Of a stretch of DNA of 64,000 nucleotides, positions 24,501-38,381 are shown piece after piece (positions within the stretch are counted from its first letter, which is position 1; each line of letters opens with the position of its first letter). The notes beneath the pieces were generated by a model, which was given only the letters and a program-made list of their open reading frames with translations, searched no databases and was not told where the DNA came from. The DNA lies in NCBI GenBank assembly GCA_032718475.1, contig JAUCBJ010007863.1, forward strand, positions 1 through 64,000, in the 5' to 3' direction. This DNA comes from Nemertoderma westbladi (taxonomy: Eukaryota; Animalia; Xenacoelomorpha). A program made the translations under genes and the position numbers.

Positions 24501-27500
24501 AACTAACGTATATAAGGTGTTTCCTTTATAAACTAACGTATAAAAGGTGTTTCCTTTATAAACTAACGTATAGAAGGTGTTTCCTTTATAAACTAACGTA
24601 TATAAGGTGTTTCCTTTATAAACTAACGTATATAAGGTGTTTCCTTTATAAACTAACGTATATAAGGTGTTTCCTTTATAAACTAACGTGTAGAAGGTGT
24701 TTACTTTATAAACTAACGTATAGAAGGTGTTTCCTTTATAAACTAACGTATATAAGGTGTCTCCTTTATAAACTAACGTATAAAAGGTGTTTCCTTTATA
24801 AACTAACGTATATAAGGTGTTTCCTTTATAAACTAACGTATAAAAGGTGTTTCCTTTATAAACTAACGTATAGAAGGTGTTTCCTTTATAAACTAACGTA
24901 TATAAGGTGTTTCCTTTATAAACTAACGTATATAAGGTGTTTCCTTTATAAACTAACGTATATAAGGTGTTTCCTTTATAAACTAACGTGTAGAAGGTGT
25001 TTACTTTATAAACTAACGTATAGAAGGTGTTTCCTTTATAAACTAACGTATATAAGGTGTTTCCTTTATAAACTAACGTATATAAGGTGTTTCCTTTATA
25101 AACTAACGTATAGAAAGTGTTTCCTTTATAAACTAACGTATAGAAGGTGTTTCCTTTATAAACTAACGTATAGAAGGTGTTTCCTTTATAAACTAACGTA
25201 TAGAAGGTGTTTCCTTTATAAACTAACGTGTAAAAGGTGTTTACTTTATAAACTAACGTATAGAAGGTGTTTACTTTATAAACTAACGTATAGAAGGTGT
25301 TTCCTTTATAAACTAACGTATAGAAGGTGTTTCCTTTATAAACTAACGTATAGAAGGTGTTTCCTTTATAAACTAACGTATAGAAGGTGTCTCCTTTATA
25401 AACTAACGTATAGAAAGTGTTTCCTTTATAAACTAACGTATAGAAGGTGTTTCCTTTATAAACTAACGTATAGAAGGTGTTTCCTTTATAAACTAACGTA
25501 TAGAAAGTGTTTCCTTTATAAACTAACGTATAGAAGGAGTTTCCTTTATAAACTAACGTGTAGAAGGTGTTTCCTTTATAAACTAACGTATATAGAAGGT
25601 GTTTCCTTTATAAACTAACGTGTAGAAGGTGTTTCCTTTATAAAATAACGTATATAAGGTGTTTCCTTTATAAACTAACGTGTAGAAGGTGTTTCCTTTA
25701 TAAACTAACGTATAGAAGGTGTTTCCTTTATAAACTAACGTATAGAAGGTGTTTCCTTTATAAACTAACGTATAGAAGGTGTTTCCTTTATAAACTAACG
25801 TGTAAAAGGTGTTTACTTTATAAACTAACGTATAGAAGGTGTTTACTTTATAAACTAACGTATAGAAGGTGTTTCCTTTATAAACTAACGTATAGAAATT
25901 CTTTCCTTTATAAACTAACGTATAGAAGGTGTTTCCTTTATAAACTAACGTATAGAAGGTGTTTCCTTTATAAACTAAAGTATAGAAGGTGTTTCCTTTA
26001 TAAACTAACGTATAGAAGGTGTTTCCTTTATAAACTAACGTATATAAGGTGTTTCCTTTATAAACTAACGTATATAAGGTGTTTCCTTTATAAACTAACG
26101 TATATAAGGTGTTTCCTTTATAAACTAACGTATAAAAGGTGTTTCCTTTATAAACTAACGTATAGAAGGTGTTTCCTTTATAAACTAACGTATATAAGGT
26201 GTTTCCTTTATAAACTAACGTATATAAGGTGTTTCCTTTATAAACTAACGTATATAAGGTGTTTCCTTTATAAACTAACGTGTAGAAGGTGTTTACTTTA
26301 TAAACTAACGTATAGAAGGTGTTTCCTTTATAAACTAACGTATATAAGGTGTCTCCTTTATAAACTAACGTATAAAAGGTGTTTCCTTTATAAACTAACG
26401 TATATAAGGTGTTTCCTTTATAAACTAACGTATAAAAGGTGTTTCCTTTATAAACTAACGTATAGAAGGTGTTTCCTTTATAAACTAACGTATAAAAGGT
26501 GTTTCCTTTATAAACTAACGTATAGAAGGTGTTTCCTTTATAAACTAACGTATATAAGGTGTTTCCTTTATAAACTAACGTATATAAGGTGTTTCCTTTA
26601 TAAACTAACGTATATAAGGTGTTTCCTTTATAAACTAACGTGTAGAAGGTGTTTACTTTATAAACTAACGTATAGAAGGTGTTTCCTTTATAAACTAACG
26701 TATATAAGGTGTTTCCTTTATAAACTAACGTATATAAGGTGTTTCCTTTATAAACTAACGTATAGAAAGTGTTTCCTTTATAAACTAACGTATAGAAGGT
26801 GTTTCCTTTATAAACTAACGTATAGAAGGTGTTTCCTTTATAAACTAACGTATAGAAGGTGTTTCCTTTATAAACTAACGTGTAAAAGGTGTTTACTTTA
26901 TAAACTAACGTATAGAAGGTGTTTACTTTATAAACTAACGTATAGAAGGTGTTTCCTTTATAAACTAACGTATAGAAGGTGTTTCCTTTATAAACTAACG
27001 TATAGAAGGTGTTTCCTTTATAAACTAACGTATAGAAGGTGTCTCCTTTATAAACTAACGTATAGAAAGTGTTTCCTTTATAAACTAACGTATAGAAAGT
27101 GTTTCCTTTATAAACTAACGTATAGAAGGTGTTTCCTTTATAAACTAACGTATAGAAGGTGTTTCCTTTATAAACTAACGTATAGAAAGTGTTTCCTTTA
27201 TAAACTAACGTATAGAAGGAGTTTCCTTTATAAACTAACGTGTAGAAGGTGTTTCCTTTATAAACTAACGTATATAGAAGGTGTTTCCTTTATAAACTAA
27301 CGTGTAGAAGGTGTTTCCTTTATAAAATAACGTATATAAGGTGTTTCCTTTATAAACTAACGTGTAGAAGGTGTTTCCTTTATAAACTAACGTATAGAAA
27401 GTGTTTCCTTTATAAACTAACGTATAGAAGGTGTTTCCTTTATAAACTAACGTATAGAAGGTGTTTCCTTTATAAACTAACGTATAGAAGGTGTTTCCTT

Positions 27501-30500
27501 TATAAACTAACGTATAGAAGGTGTTTCCTTTATAAACTAACGTGTAGAAGGTGTTTCCTTTATAAACTAACGTATAGAAGGTGTTTCCTTTATAAACTAA
27601 CGTATAGAAGGTGTTTCCTTTATAAACTAAAGTATAGAAGGTGTTTCCTTTATAAACTAACGTATAGAAGGTGTTTCCTTTATAAACTAACGTATATAAG
27701 GTGTTTCCTTTATAAACTAACGTATATAAGGTGTTTCCTTTATAAACTAACGTATAAAAGGTGTTTCCTTTATAAACTAACGTATAGAAGGTGTTTCCTT
27801 TATAAACTAACGTATATAAGGTGTTTCCTTTATAAACTAACGTATATAAGGTGTTTCCTTTATAAACTAACGTATATAAGGTGTTTCCTTTATAAACTAA
27901 CGTGTAGAAGGTGTTTACTTTATAAACTAACGTATAGAAGGTGTTTCCTTTATAAACTAACGTATATAAGGTGTCTCCTTTATAAACTAACGTATAAAAG
28001 GTGTTTCCTTTATAAACTAACGTATATAAGGTGTTTCCTTTATAAACTAACGTATAAAAGGTGTTTCCTTTATAAACTAACGTATAGAAGGTGTTTCCTT
28101 TATAAACTAACGTATATAAGGTGTTTCCTTTATAAACTAACGTATATAAGGTGTTTCCTTTATAAACTAACGTATATAAGGTGTTTCCTTTATAAACTAA
28201 CGTGTAGAAGGTGTTTACTTTATAAACTAACGTATAGAAGGTGTTTCCTTTATAAACTAACGTATATAAGGTGTTTCCTTTATAAACTAACGTATATAAG
28301 GTGTTTCCTTTATAAACTAACGTATAGAAAGTGTTTCCTTTATAAACTAACGTATAGAAGGTGTTTCCTTTATAAACTAACGTATAGAAGGTGTTTCCTT
28401 TATAAACTAACGTATAGAAGGTGTTTCCTTTATAAACTAACGTGTAAAAGGTGTTTACTTTATAAACTAACGTATAGAAGGTGTTTACTTTATAAACTAA
28501 CGTATAGAAGGTGTTTCCTTTATAAACTAACGTATAGAAGGTGTTTCCTTTATAAACTAACGTATAGAAGGTGTTTCCTTTATAAACTAACGTATAGAAG
28601 GTGTCTCCTTTATAAACTAACGTATAGAAAGTGTTTCCTTTATAAACTAACGTATAGAAGGTGTTTCCTTTATAAACTAACGTATAGAAGGTGTTTCCTT
28701 TATAAACTAACGTATAGAAAGTGTTTCCTTTATAAACTAACGTATAGAAGGAGTTTCCTTTATAAACTAACGTGTAGAAGGTGTTTCCTTTATAAACTAA
28801 CGTATATAGAAGGTGTTTCCTTTATAAACTAACGTGTAGAAGGTGTTTCCTTTATAAAATAACGTATATAAGGTGTTTCCTTTATAAACTAACGTGTAGA
28901 AGGTGTTTCCTTTATAAACTAACGTATAGAAGGTGTTTCCTTTATAAACTAACGTATAGAAGGTGTTTCCTTTATAAACTAACGTATAGAAGGTGTTTCC
29001 TTTATAAACTAACGTGTAAAAGGTGTTTACTTTATAAACTAACGTATAGAAGGTGTTTACTTTATAAACTAACGTATAGAAGGTGTTTCCTTTATAAACT
29101 AACGTATAGAAAGTGTTTCCTTTATAAACTAACGTATAGAAGGTGTTTCCTTTATAAACTAACGTATAGAAGGTGTTTCCTTTATAAACTAAAGTATAGA
29201 AGGTGTTTCCTTTATAAACTAACGTATAGAAGGTGTTTCCTTTATAAACTAACGTATATAAGGTGTTTCCTTTATAAACTAACGTATATAAGGTGTTTCC
29301 TTTATAAACTAACGTATATAAGGTGTTTCCTTTATAAACTAACGTATAAAAGGTGTTTCCTTTATAAACTAACGTATAGAAGGTGTTTCCTTTATAAACT
29401 AACGTATATAAGGTGTTTCCTTTATAAACTAACGTATATAAGGTGTTTCCTTTATAAACTAACGTATATAAGGTGTTTCCTTTATAAACTAACGTGTAGA
29501 AGGTGTTTACTTTATAAACTAACGTATAGAAGGTGTTTCCTTTATAAACTAACGTATATAAGGTGTCTCCTTTATAAACTAACGTATAAAAGGTGTTTCC
29601 TTTATAAACTAACGTATATAAGGTGTTTCCTTTATAAACTAACGTATAAAAGGTGTTTCCTTTATAAACTAACGTATAGAAGGTGTTTCCTTTATAAACT
29701 AACGTATAAAAGGTGTTTCCTTTATAAACTAACGTATAGAAGGTGTTTCCTTTATAAACTAACGTATATAAGGTGTTTCCTTTATAAACTAACGTATATA
29801 AGGTGTTTCCTTTATAAACTAACGTATATAAGGTGTTTCCTTTATAAACTAACGTGTAGAAGGTGTTTACTTTATAAACTAACGTATAGAAGGTGTTTCC
29901 TTTATAAACTAACGTATATAAGGTGTTTCCTTTATAAACTAACGTATATAAGGTGTTTCCTTTATAAACTAACGTATAGAAGGTGTTTCCTTTATAAACT
30001 AACGTATAGAAGGTGTTTCCTTTATAAACTAACGTATAGAAGGTGTTTCCTTTATAAACTAACGTATAAAAGGTGTTTCCTTTATAAACTAACGTATAGA
30101 AGGTGTTTCCTTTATAAACTAACGTATAGAAGGTGTTTCCTTTATAAACTAACGTATAGAAGGTGTTTCCTTTATAAACTAACGTATAGAAGGTGTTTCC
30201 TTTATAAACTAACGTATAGAAAGGTGTTTCCTTTATAAACTAACGTATAGAAGGTGTTTCCTTTATAAACTAACGTATAGAAGGTGTTTCCTTTATAAAC
30301 TAACGTATAGAAGGTGTTTCCTTTATAAACTAACGTATAGAAGGTGTTTCCTTTATAAACTAACGTATAGAAGGTGTTTCCTTTATAAACTAACGTATAG
30401 AAGGTGTTTCCTTTATAAACTAACGTATATGAAGGTGTTTCCTTTATAAACTAACGTGTAGAAGGTGTTTCCTTTATAAGCTAACGTATATAAGGTGTTT

Positions 30501-32939
30501 CCTTTATAAACTAACGTATATAAGGTGTTTCCTTTATAAACTAACGTGTAGAAGGTGTTTCCTTTATAAACTAACGTATAGAAGGTGTTTCCTTTATAAA
30601 CTAACGTATATAAGGTGTCTCCTTTATAAACTAACGTATATAAGGTGTTTCCTTTATAAACTAACGTATATAAGGTGTTTCCTTTATAAACTAACGTATA
30701 AAAGGTGTTTCCTTTATAAACTAACGTATAGAAGGTGTTTCCTTTATAAACTAACGTATAAAAGGTGTTTCCTTTATAAACTAACGTATAGAAGGTGTTT
30801 CCTTTATAAACTAACGTATATAAGGTGTTTCCTTTATAAACTAACGTATATAAGGTGTTTCCTTTATAAACTAACGTATATAAGGTGTTTCCTTTATAAA
30901 CTAACGTATAGAAAGTGTTTCCTTTATAAACTAACGTATAGAAGGTGTTTCCTTTATAAACTAACGTATAGAAGGTGTTTCCTTTATAAACTAACGTATA
31001 GAAGGTGTTTCCTTTATAAACTAACGTGTAAAAGGTGTTTACTTTATAAACTAACGTATAGAAGGTGTTTACTTTATAAACTAACGTATAGAAGGTGTTT
31101 CCTTTATAAACTAACGTATAGAAGGTGTTTCCTTTATAAACTAACGTATAGAAGGTGTTTCCTTTATAAACTAACGTATAGAAGGTGTTTCCTTTATAAA
31201 CTAACGTATAGAAGGTGTTTCCTTTATAAACTAACGTATAGAAAGTGTTTCCTTTATAAACTAACGTATAGAAGGTGTTTCCTTTATAAACTAACGTATA
31301 GAAGGTGTTTCCTTTATAAACTAACGTATAGAAAGTGTTTCCTTTATAAACTAACGTATAGAAGGAGTTTCCTTTATAAACTAACGTGTAGAAGGTGTTT
31401 CCTTTATAAACTAACGTATATAGAAGGTGTTTCCTTTATAAACTAACGTGTAGAAGGTGTTTCCTTTATAAACTAACGTGTAGAAGGTGTTTCCTTTATA
31501 AACTAACGTGTAGAAGGTGTTTCCTTTATAAACTAACGTATAGAAAGTGTTTCCTTTATAAACTAACGTATAGAAGGTGTTTCCTTTATAAACTAACGTA
31601 TAGAAGGTGTTTCCTTTATAAACTAACGTATAGAAAGTGTTTCCTTTATAAACTAACGTATAGAAGGAGTTTCCTTTATAAACTAACGTGTAGAAGGTGT
31701 TTCCTTTATAAACTAACGTATATAGAAGGTGTTTCCTTTATAAACTAACGTGTAGAAGGTGTTTCCTTTATAAAATAACGTATATAAGGTGTTTCCTTTA
31801 TAAACTAACGTGTAGAAGGTGTTTCCTTTATAAACTAACGTATAGAAGGTGTTTCCTTTATAAACTAACGTATATAAGGTGTTTCCTTTATAAATTAACG
31901 TATAGAAGGTGTTTCCTTTATAAACTAACGTATAGAAAGTGTTTCCTTTATAAACTAACGTATAGAAAGTGTTTCCTTTATAAACTAACGTATAGAATGT
32001 GTTTCCTTTATAAACTAACGTATAGAAGGTGTTTCCTTTATAAACTAACGTATATAAGGTGTTTCCTTTATAAACTAACGTATAGAAGGTGTTTCCTTTA
32101 TAAACTAACGTATAGAAAGTGTTTCCTTTATAGACTAACGTATAGAAGGTGTTTCCTTTATAAACTAACGTATAGAAAGTGTTTCCTTTATAAACTAACG
32201 TATAGAAGGTGTTTCCTTTATAAACTAACGTATAGAAAGTGTTTCCTTTATAAACTAACGTATAGAAAGTGTTTCCTTTATAAACTAAAGTATAGAAGGT
32301 GTTTCCTTTATAAACTAACGTGTAGAAGGTGTTTCCTTTATAAACTAACGTATAGAAGGTGTTTCCTTTATAAACTAACGTATATAAGGTATTTCCTTTA
32401 TAAACTAACGTATAGAAGGTGTTTCCATTATAAACTAACGTATAGAAGGTGTTTCCTTTATAAACTAACGTATATAAGGTGTTTCCTTTATAAACTAACG
32501 TATATAAGGTGTTTCCATTATAAACTAACGTATATAAGGTGTTTCCTTTATAAACTAACGTATATAAGGTGTTTCCTTTATAAACTAACGTATAGAAGGT
32601 GTTTCCTTTATAAACTAACGTATAGAAAGTGTTTCCTTTATAGACTAACGTATAGAAGGTGTTTCCTTTATAAACTAACGTGTAGAAGGTGTTTCCTTTA
32701 TAAACTAACGTGTAGAAGGTGTTTCCTTTATAAACTAACGTATAGAAGGTGTTTCCTTTATAAACTAACGTATATTAGGTGTTTCCTTTATAAACTAACG
32801 TATAGAAGGTGTTTCCATTATAAACTAACGTATAGAAGGTGTTTCCCTTATAAACTAACGTATATAAGGTGTTTCCTTTATAAACTAACGTATATAAGGT
32901 GTTTCCTTTATAAACTAACGTATATAAGGTGTTTCCTTT
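12514..32939 (+). repeat. 30-bp satellite array 2 (~20.4 kb) with higher-order variant blocks
   Basis: About 680 tandem units with recurrent ordered series of variants. Confidence 0.99.
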
Positions 32940-33722
32940 TTTTAATTTTTTTAAGAAAAAAGGTCTGCATTTTTTGCACTTAAACGCACGATCTCTGCTT
33001 CCAAAACTTTCCGAAATTCGTATTTTAATCAATAAATCCAACCCAGCCGTTTTAACAATCTCTGAAACTTGGCTCGATGATAGTGTTTCTGATGGAGAAA
33101 TTTATATTTATATTGATAATTACGTAGTTTTACGTAAGGATAGGGACAGACACGGTGGTGGTGTCTGTACTTACATTCGATGTGATTTAGCTTTTAATCG
33201 TAGGGAAGATTTAGAGACTTGTGACGAAGTTTTACTGGTGGAACTTTTACTTCCTAAAACTAAACCTATTTTAATCGGTACTTTATATCGGCCCCCTAAA
33301 CAATCAGATTTTTTGCAAAATTTTGAAAATACAATTTTATGTAATCTTAGGTCAGACTGTGAAATATATTTCTTAGGTGATTTTAATATCTGTTACCATC
33401 ACAAAGCATCCCCCATCTGTAAACAGTACCAAAGTATTTTAAATTTGTTTGGTTTAAAACAAATTATTCGAGATTCTACCAGAATTACCAGTAAAACTTC
33501 TACTTTACTAGATCACATCCTTTGTAATAATACCGATATTATTTCTCAATCTGGGGTTTTACCTATAGGTCTAAGCGATCATTTTATAGTTTTTTGCACA
33601 AGAAAGACACAAAAATCTTTTTTCGGGGATCATAAAACAGTAACAGTTAGGTCTATGAAAAATTACAGCAAGGAACGCTTTTTAAGTTTGTTAGTTAATT
33701 CTGACTGGGAACCCTGTTTTAA
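32940..33722 (+). pseudogene. LINE ORF2 N-terminal part: AP-type endonuclease
   Basis: HLNARSL, ISETWL, DR..GGGV, YRPP, GDFN, TR.T...LLDH, SDH motifs. Confidence 0.95.
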
Positions 33723-33870
33723 ACGAACGGATGAAGTGGTAGGCATTCACCAGCGGCAGCATAGTGTAAAGATGATAAAAAATAAAGTATTGAGGGTCTT
33801 TAGCTGGTTATATTATATTAGATAAAGATACAATAGTAAACGTTTTCGACCTACCGGTCTGCATAACTAA

Positions 33871-35631
33871 CATACATGCGAAACTAACATAACTACCCCC
33901 GAAACTACCATAAGTACCCATGAAACTAACATAACTACCCCTGATACTAACGAAACTAACATAACTACCCCTGAAACTACCATAAGTACCCATGAAACTA
34001 ACATAACTACCCCTGATACTAACGAAACTAACATAACTACCCCTGAAACTACCATAAGTACCCATGGTACTAACATAAATCCCCCTGAAACTAACAAAAC
34101 TAACATAACTACCCCTGAAACTACCATAAGTACCCAGGAAACTAACATAACTACCCCAGATACTGACGTAACTAACATAACTACCCCTGAAACTACCATA
34201 AGTACCCGTGGTACTAACATAAATACCCCTGAAACTAACAAAGCTAACATAACTACTCCTGAAACTACCATAATTACCCCTGGAACTAATATAACTACCC
34301 CAGAACCTACCCCTTCCACCCCAGTCTATAATAATATAACTACCTCAGTAACTTATAAAACTAAACTAGCACCAAACACTACACCTAACCCCGTTTTCTC
34401 AGATCCAATAATAACGACCCCAATATCTAACCTTACACCTCCTGATTCCAACATCAATATTCCAGAAACTATCCTATCTATCTCAGATCCTAATATAACC
34501 ATAACTAACGAAAATACCTCAACCTCGGATCCAAACATAACCCCCCCAGACGATAATACAACTTACCCTATTCCATTCTACAAACGGTTTGTTGACGACA
34601 GCTATGGTATAGTACAACGTATATTAAGTGAACAGGACATTCACAACATACAGAAAATCACTAACTCCGCTTGTAACGACTTATTCCAAAACTCTGATAT
34701 ACAATTCACCATTGAATACTCCCACACATCACTCCCATTCCTTGACGTCTTGACACAGATTAACAACGAAACACTAACAACTACATTATACAAAAAACCA
34801 ACTAGCAATAAACTCCCGATTCATTACAATAGCTTCCATGATAAGAAATTACTACTATCCGTAATTCGTAGCCAACTCCTACGCATCCACCGCAGATGTA
34901 GCGAGTCTAACGACTATACCAAACTCAGAGACGAATTCCTTGGCGAATGTCTACTCAGGCAGTACCCCCAGAACCTCCTTAACAAACTTAGACATTGGAC
35001 TCCCCAAACTAGACCTAAAGACACTAACTCGAAACCCACATTTTACCTATCCACTAACCAACAGATGAAGGGCATATTCCAAAATACTGTACGTAGATAC
35101 TCCAAAAACTACGATCTTGACATCAACATTAATGTAGTCACGAAGAACCCCACATCACTAGGACAAATACTAACCAAAAATAAAACTCAATCGCAAACAC
35201 ACACAAATAACACCACTAATGAGCCATGTAACTCTAGCCGCTGCCTTACATGCAAAACTATCACTAACATACAACAGACACCATGGGGTGAAAAGATAAA
35301 AGGACACTATACATGTAAGTCCCACACTGTATGTTACTTGGCCTGGTGCCACTGCCACCCTACTCTATACTACATAGGCCAAACGAGACAGAAACTTCAC
35401 GAACGCTTTAATGGACACCGCAACAACATACGACACTACCCCTCACGAGCCAATGACGGAAAAACACACGAAGACATACTCCTAGCTAGGCACATATACG
35501 GTTGTGGTTTAGAAAATCTACGCACCGCAACCATAAAACAATCCACAAACATACCCGAACTACTAGCGACGGAAGCTAACCTAATCTATACATACAACCC
35601 CCCACTTAACGTAGCAAGACCAGCAATCTAA
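33871..35631 (+). pseudogene. Penelope ORF fragment: Thr/Pro/Asn-rich repeats, RT C-terminal half, Cys linker, GIY-YIG endonuclease
   Basis: Frame hand-translated as open from 33871; YKRFVDD, FTIE..SLPFLDV, LYKKPT, CNSSRCLTC, VCYLAWC..YYIGQT..LHERFNGH, E..LI..YNPPLN. Confidence 0.9.
33878..34310 (+). repeat. Tandem ~21-bp units organised as ~72-bp higher repeats (ETTISTH-ETNITTP-DTN-ETNITTP)
   Basis: Recurrent GAAACTAACATAACTACCCCT. Confidence 0.9.
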
Positions 35632-36131
35632 ACCCAATGTTTTATATAATACATTCTATATCTTACACAACTACAGTGCCCTCTATAGCGAATTTCCGGG
35701 GTTTTATGTGCTTTTCCCCGACCTTCTTTTTTGTTTTTGTCTTGGTTTTTTCTGTTTCTTGTGATTTCTTACTCTGTAAAAATTACAGCTATCATTATGT
35801 TGCATTCTACCTAACCGTGCGCTTTAAGTAGATACCTCATAATCCTATGTAACCTACCTAATCCAATTATACCATTCAGTATGTAGACACATGACCATTC
35901 CTGGGATTTCCCTATCAACTTCTTCCAACCTTATAACCCAACCTGCAACCCTATATTTGTACTTTAGATTGACAGCTTATAACTAACTCGGTGTACTTTC
36001 CCTATCACAATTACCTTAAGTTATACAGTACATACATATACGTTAACCTTTCTGGGATTCACCTATCAGGTATTCCCCTTTAAAACCTATATATATATAT
36101 ATAGACCCCACCTTTTCCTGTTAGTTGCCAG

Positions 36132-36178
36132 TACATAGTCTGATGCAGACCGGTAGGTCGAAAACGTTTACTATTGTA
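36132..36178 (+). ncRNA. Minimal type I hammerhead-ribozyme-like motif in the Penelope pseudo-LTR
   Basis: Stem I TACATAGT/ACTATTGTA, core CTGATG(C)A, stem II GACC-GGTA-GGTC, GAA plus palindromic AACGTT, predicted cleavage after T36169. Confidence 0.75.
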
Positions 36179-36243
36179 TCTTTATCTAATATAATATAAC
36201 CAGCTAAAGACCCTCAATACTTTATTTTTTATCATCTTTACAC

Positions 36244-38381
36244 AACCCTGTTTTAAGGCCGCTGACATTAACCTTGCGTACACTGTTTTTAAAGATATAT
36301 TTTTAAAGGCACTCAATACTGTAGCACCAATTAAAGAAATTAGTCTTAAACAACGCACTGAGCCCTGGATGACCTCGTGTATTCTTAGTAATATCAGAGA
36401 AAGAGATAACTATTTGTATAAATTTAGGAAATACCGTGTTTTAGCTGATTATAATAATTACTGCAAATATAGAAACCTTGTCCAACGGGAAATAAAAAAA
36501 GCTAAATCTGAATATTTGTACAACAAAATAAGTGAGAATAAAGATAATCCAAAAAGTCTATGGTCTACCCTAAAATCTTTAGGTTATAAAAACCTTAAAT
36601 CTAAATCGAATATTGTTCTGCAAGATAACGGTGAGCTGATTCATGATCATACTCTAGTTAGTAATTTATTTAATAATTATTTTACTAATGTTGCCTCTAA
36701 TTTAGTTAAGAAGTTACCGTTATCAAGTAATAAATATAGTATAGGGTCCGAAACTCTAAATAATTTTTTTTTAGAAAAGTTACAAAATTCAGAAAAGTTA
36801 TTTTTAAAACCCGTTTCTGAGGATTTCGTTTTTAAAAATCTACTTAGCCTATCAGCCTCAAAAAGTACCGGTCTAGACCTAATACCTGCCCGTTTTCTTA
36901 AGGATGGTGCTGAAGTACTTAAAGTGCCTATTACTTTTATTATTAATTACTCTATCGTAGATAATGTAGTACCAGACGAACTGAAATTAGCTAAGGTTGT
37001 TCCTCTGTATAAAAAGAATAGTAAAGTAGAACCCTGTAATTACAGACCTGTTAGTATCTTAAGTATTGTATCTAAAATTCTAGAACGTTCTGTTTTTCTA
37101 CAGCTGGAGGCACATCTTAGTAGGCTAAATCTGATCTATGAACTTCAGTCCGGTTTTCGTAAATCATATTCTACAGACACCTGCCTTATTAACTTAACTG
37201 ATACAATTAGATGTAATAACGCAAAGGGTTTATATACTGGTATGGTAATGTTGGACCTACAAAAGGCTTTCGATACTGTAGATCACGAAATTCTGCTTGG
37301 TAAGTTAGGCCTGATGGGTGTAGGTTCTATAGACTGGTTCAAGTCCTACCTGTCAGACAGAGGTCAAACTGTAGTCATTAGCAAATCGCAGTCCACTGTA
37401 CAAGAGATTACCTGTGGTGTACCGCAAGGTAGTATATTAGGTCCTCTGCTTTTTGTATGCTATGTAAATGATATGATAAGTAGTATAGATCCCGATTTTA
37501 AACTCATTTTATATGCCGACGACAGTGCTCTTATTTTCTCTCATAAAGATCCTATCCATATTTCCCAAAAGTTAAGTGCAGTTCTAGAATCCTGTAATGA
37601 GTGGTTGGTTGATAATAAGCTATCCATTCACTACGGTAAAACTGAAAGTATTTTGTTTGGTTCCAAAAGAAAGTTAAAGAAGGTAACTAAGTTTGAAGTC
37701 ACTAGTAATGGACATAAGATTGAAAATAAAAAGGAAGTTAAATATTTAGGCGCCACATTGGATAACTGCTTATCAGGAGAAAGTACAGTGAAAAATATTT
37801 TCTCGAAAGTTAACAGTAGGCTTAGGTTTCTATACAGAAATAAAAATAGTTTGAACACCGACTCCCGCAAGTTACTTGTCTCTTCTTTAATACAGTGTCA
37901 CATGGACTATGCGTGCTCTTCTTGGTATGAAGGCTTAACCAAACAGCTTAAATGTAAATTACAAGTAGCTCAGAATAAAGTAGTACGATTTATTAAAGAC
38001 TACAAACCTAGGCACCACCTAACTCCAGATGACTTTTCTGAATCTGGACTACTTAACTTAGATAGTAGAGTTAAGCAGCTACGCCTTAACCATGTGCATA
38101 AAGTGTATAATGGTAAATGTCCCAATTACCTAAAACAAAAATTCAACAGAGTACGCGATACACACTCTTACAGTACCAGAGCTAGTGCTTCAAACTTCTA
38201 CCTCCCGAATTGTAAATCCTTTGAAATTGATACTTTCTTTTTTAACGGCATAAAAAATTGGAACGCTCTGCCTAATGAAATTAAAAACCTAAATAATCAA
38301 CATTCTTTTAAATCTGCAGTTAAATCTCATCTCCGTGTGCAATGTAAAAATAGGTACAATAGTCCTACAGTAAGTTATTAG
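36244..38381 (+). pseudogene. LINE ORF2 C-terminal part: reverse transcriptase; in frame with the APE part once the Penelope insert is removed
   Basis: Rejoined reading [14 protein letters not shown]...EPWMT; [46 protein letters not shown]. Confidence 0.95.

Larger units (their letters stand above)
33723..36243 (+). mobile_element. Penelope-like element, 5'-truncated, with an inverted partial pseudo-LTR at its 5' side; 13-bp TSD AACCCTGTTTTAA (33710-33722, 36244-36256)
   Basis: TSD read directly; 33764-33864 is the reverse complement of 36143-36243; RT C-terminus plus GIY-YIG ORF. Confidence 0.93.

Noticed and set aside
945-32939. CRISPR array
   Set aside because: Units are head to tail with no unique spacers, there are no cas genes, and the context is eukaryotic.
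33808-34538. Minus-strand Val/Gly/Met-rich ORFs resembling membrane proteins
   Set aside because: Shadows of the plus-strand Thr-rich repeat that is in frame with the Penelope RT.
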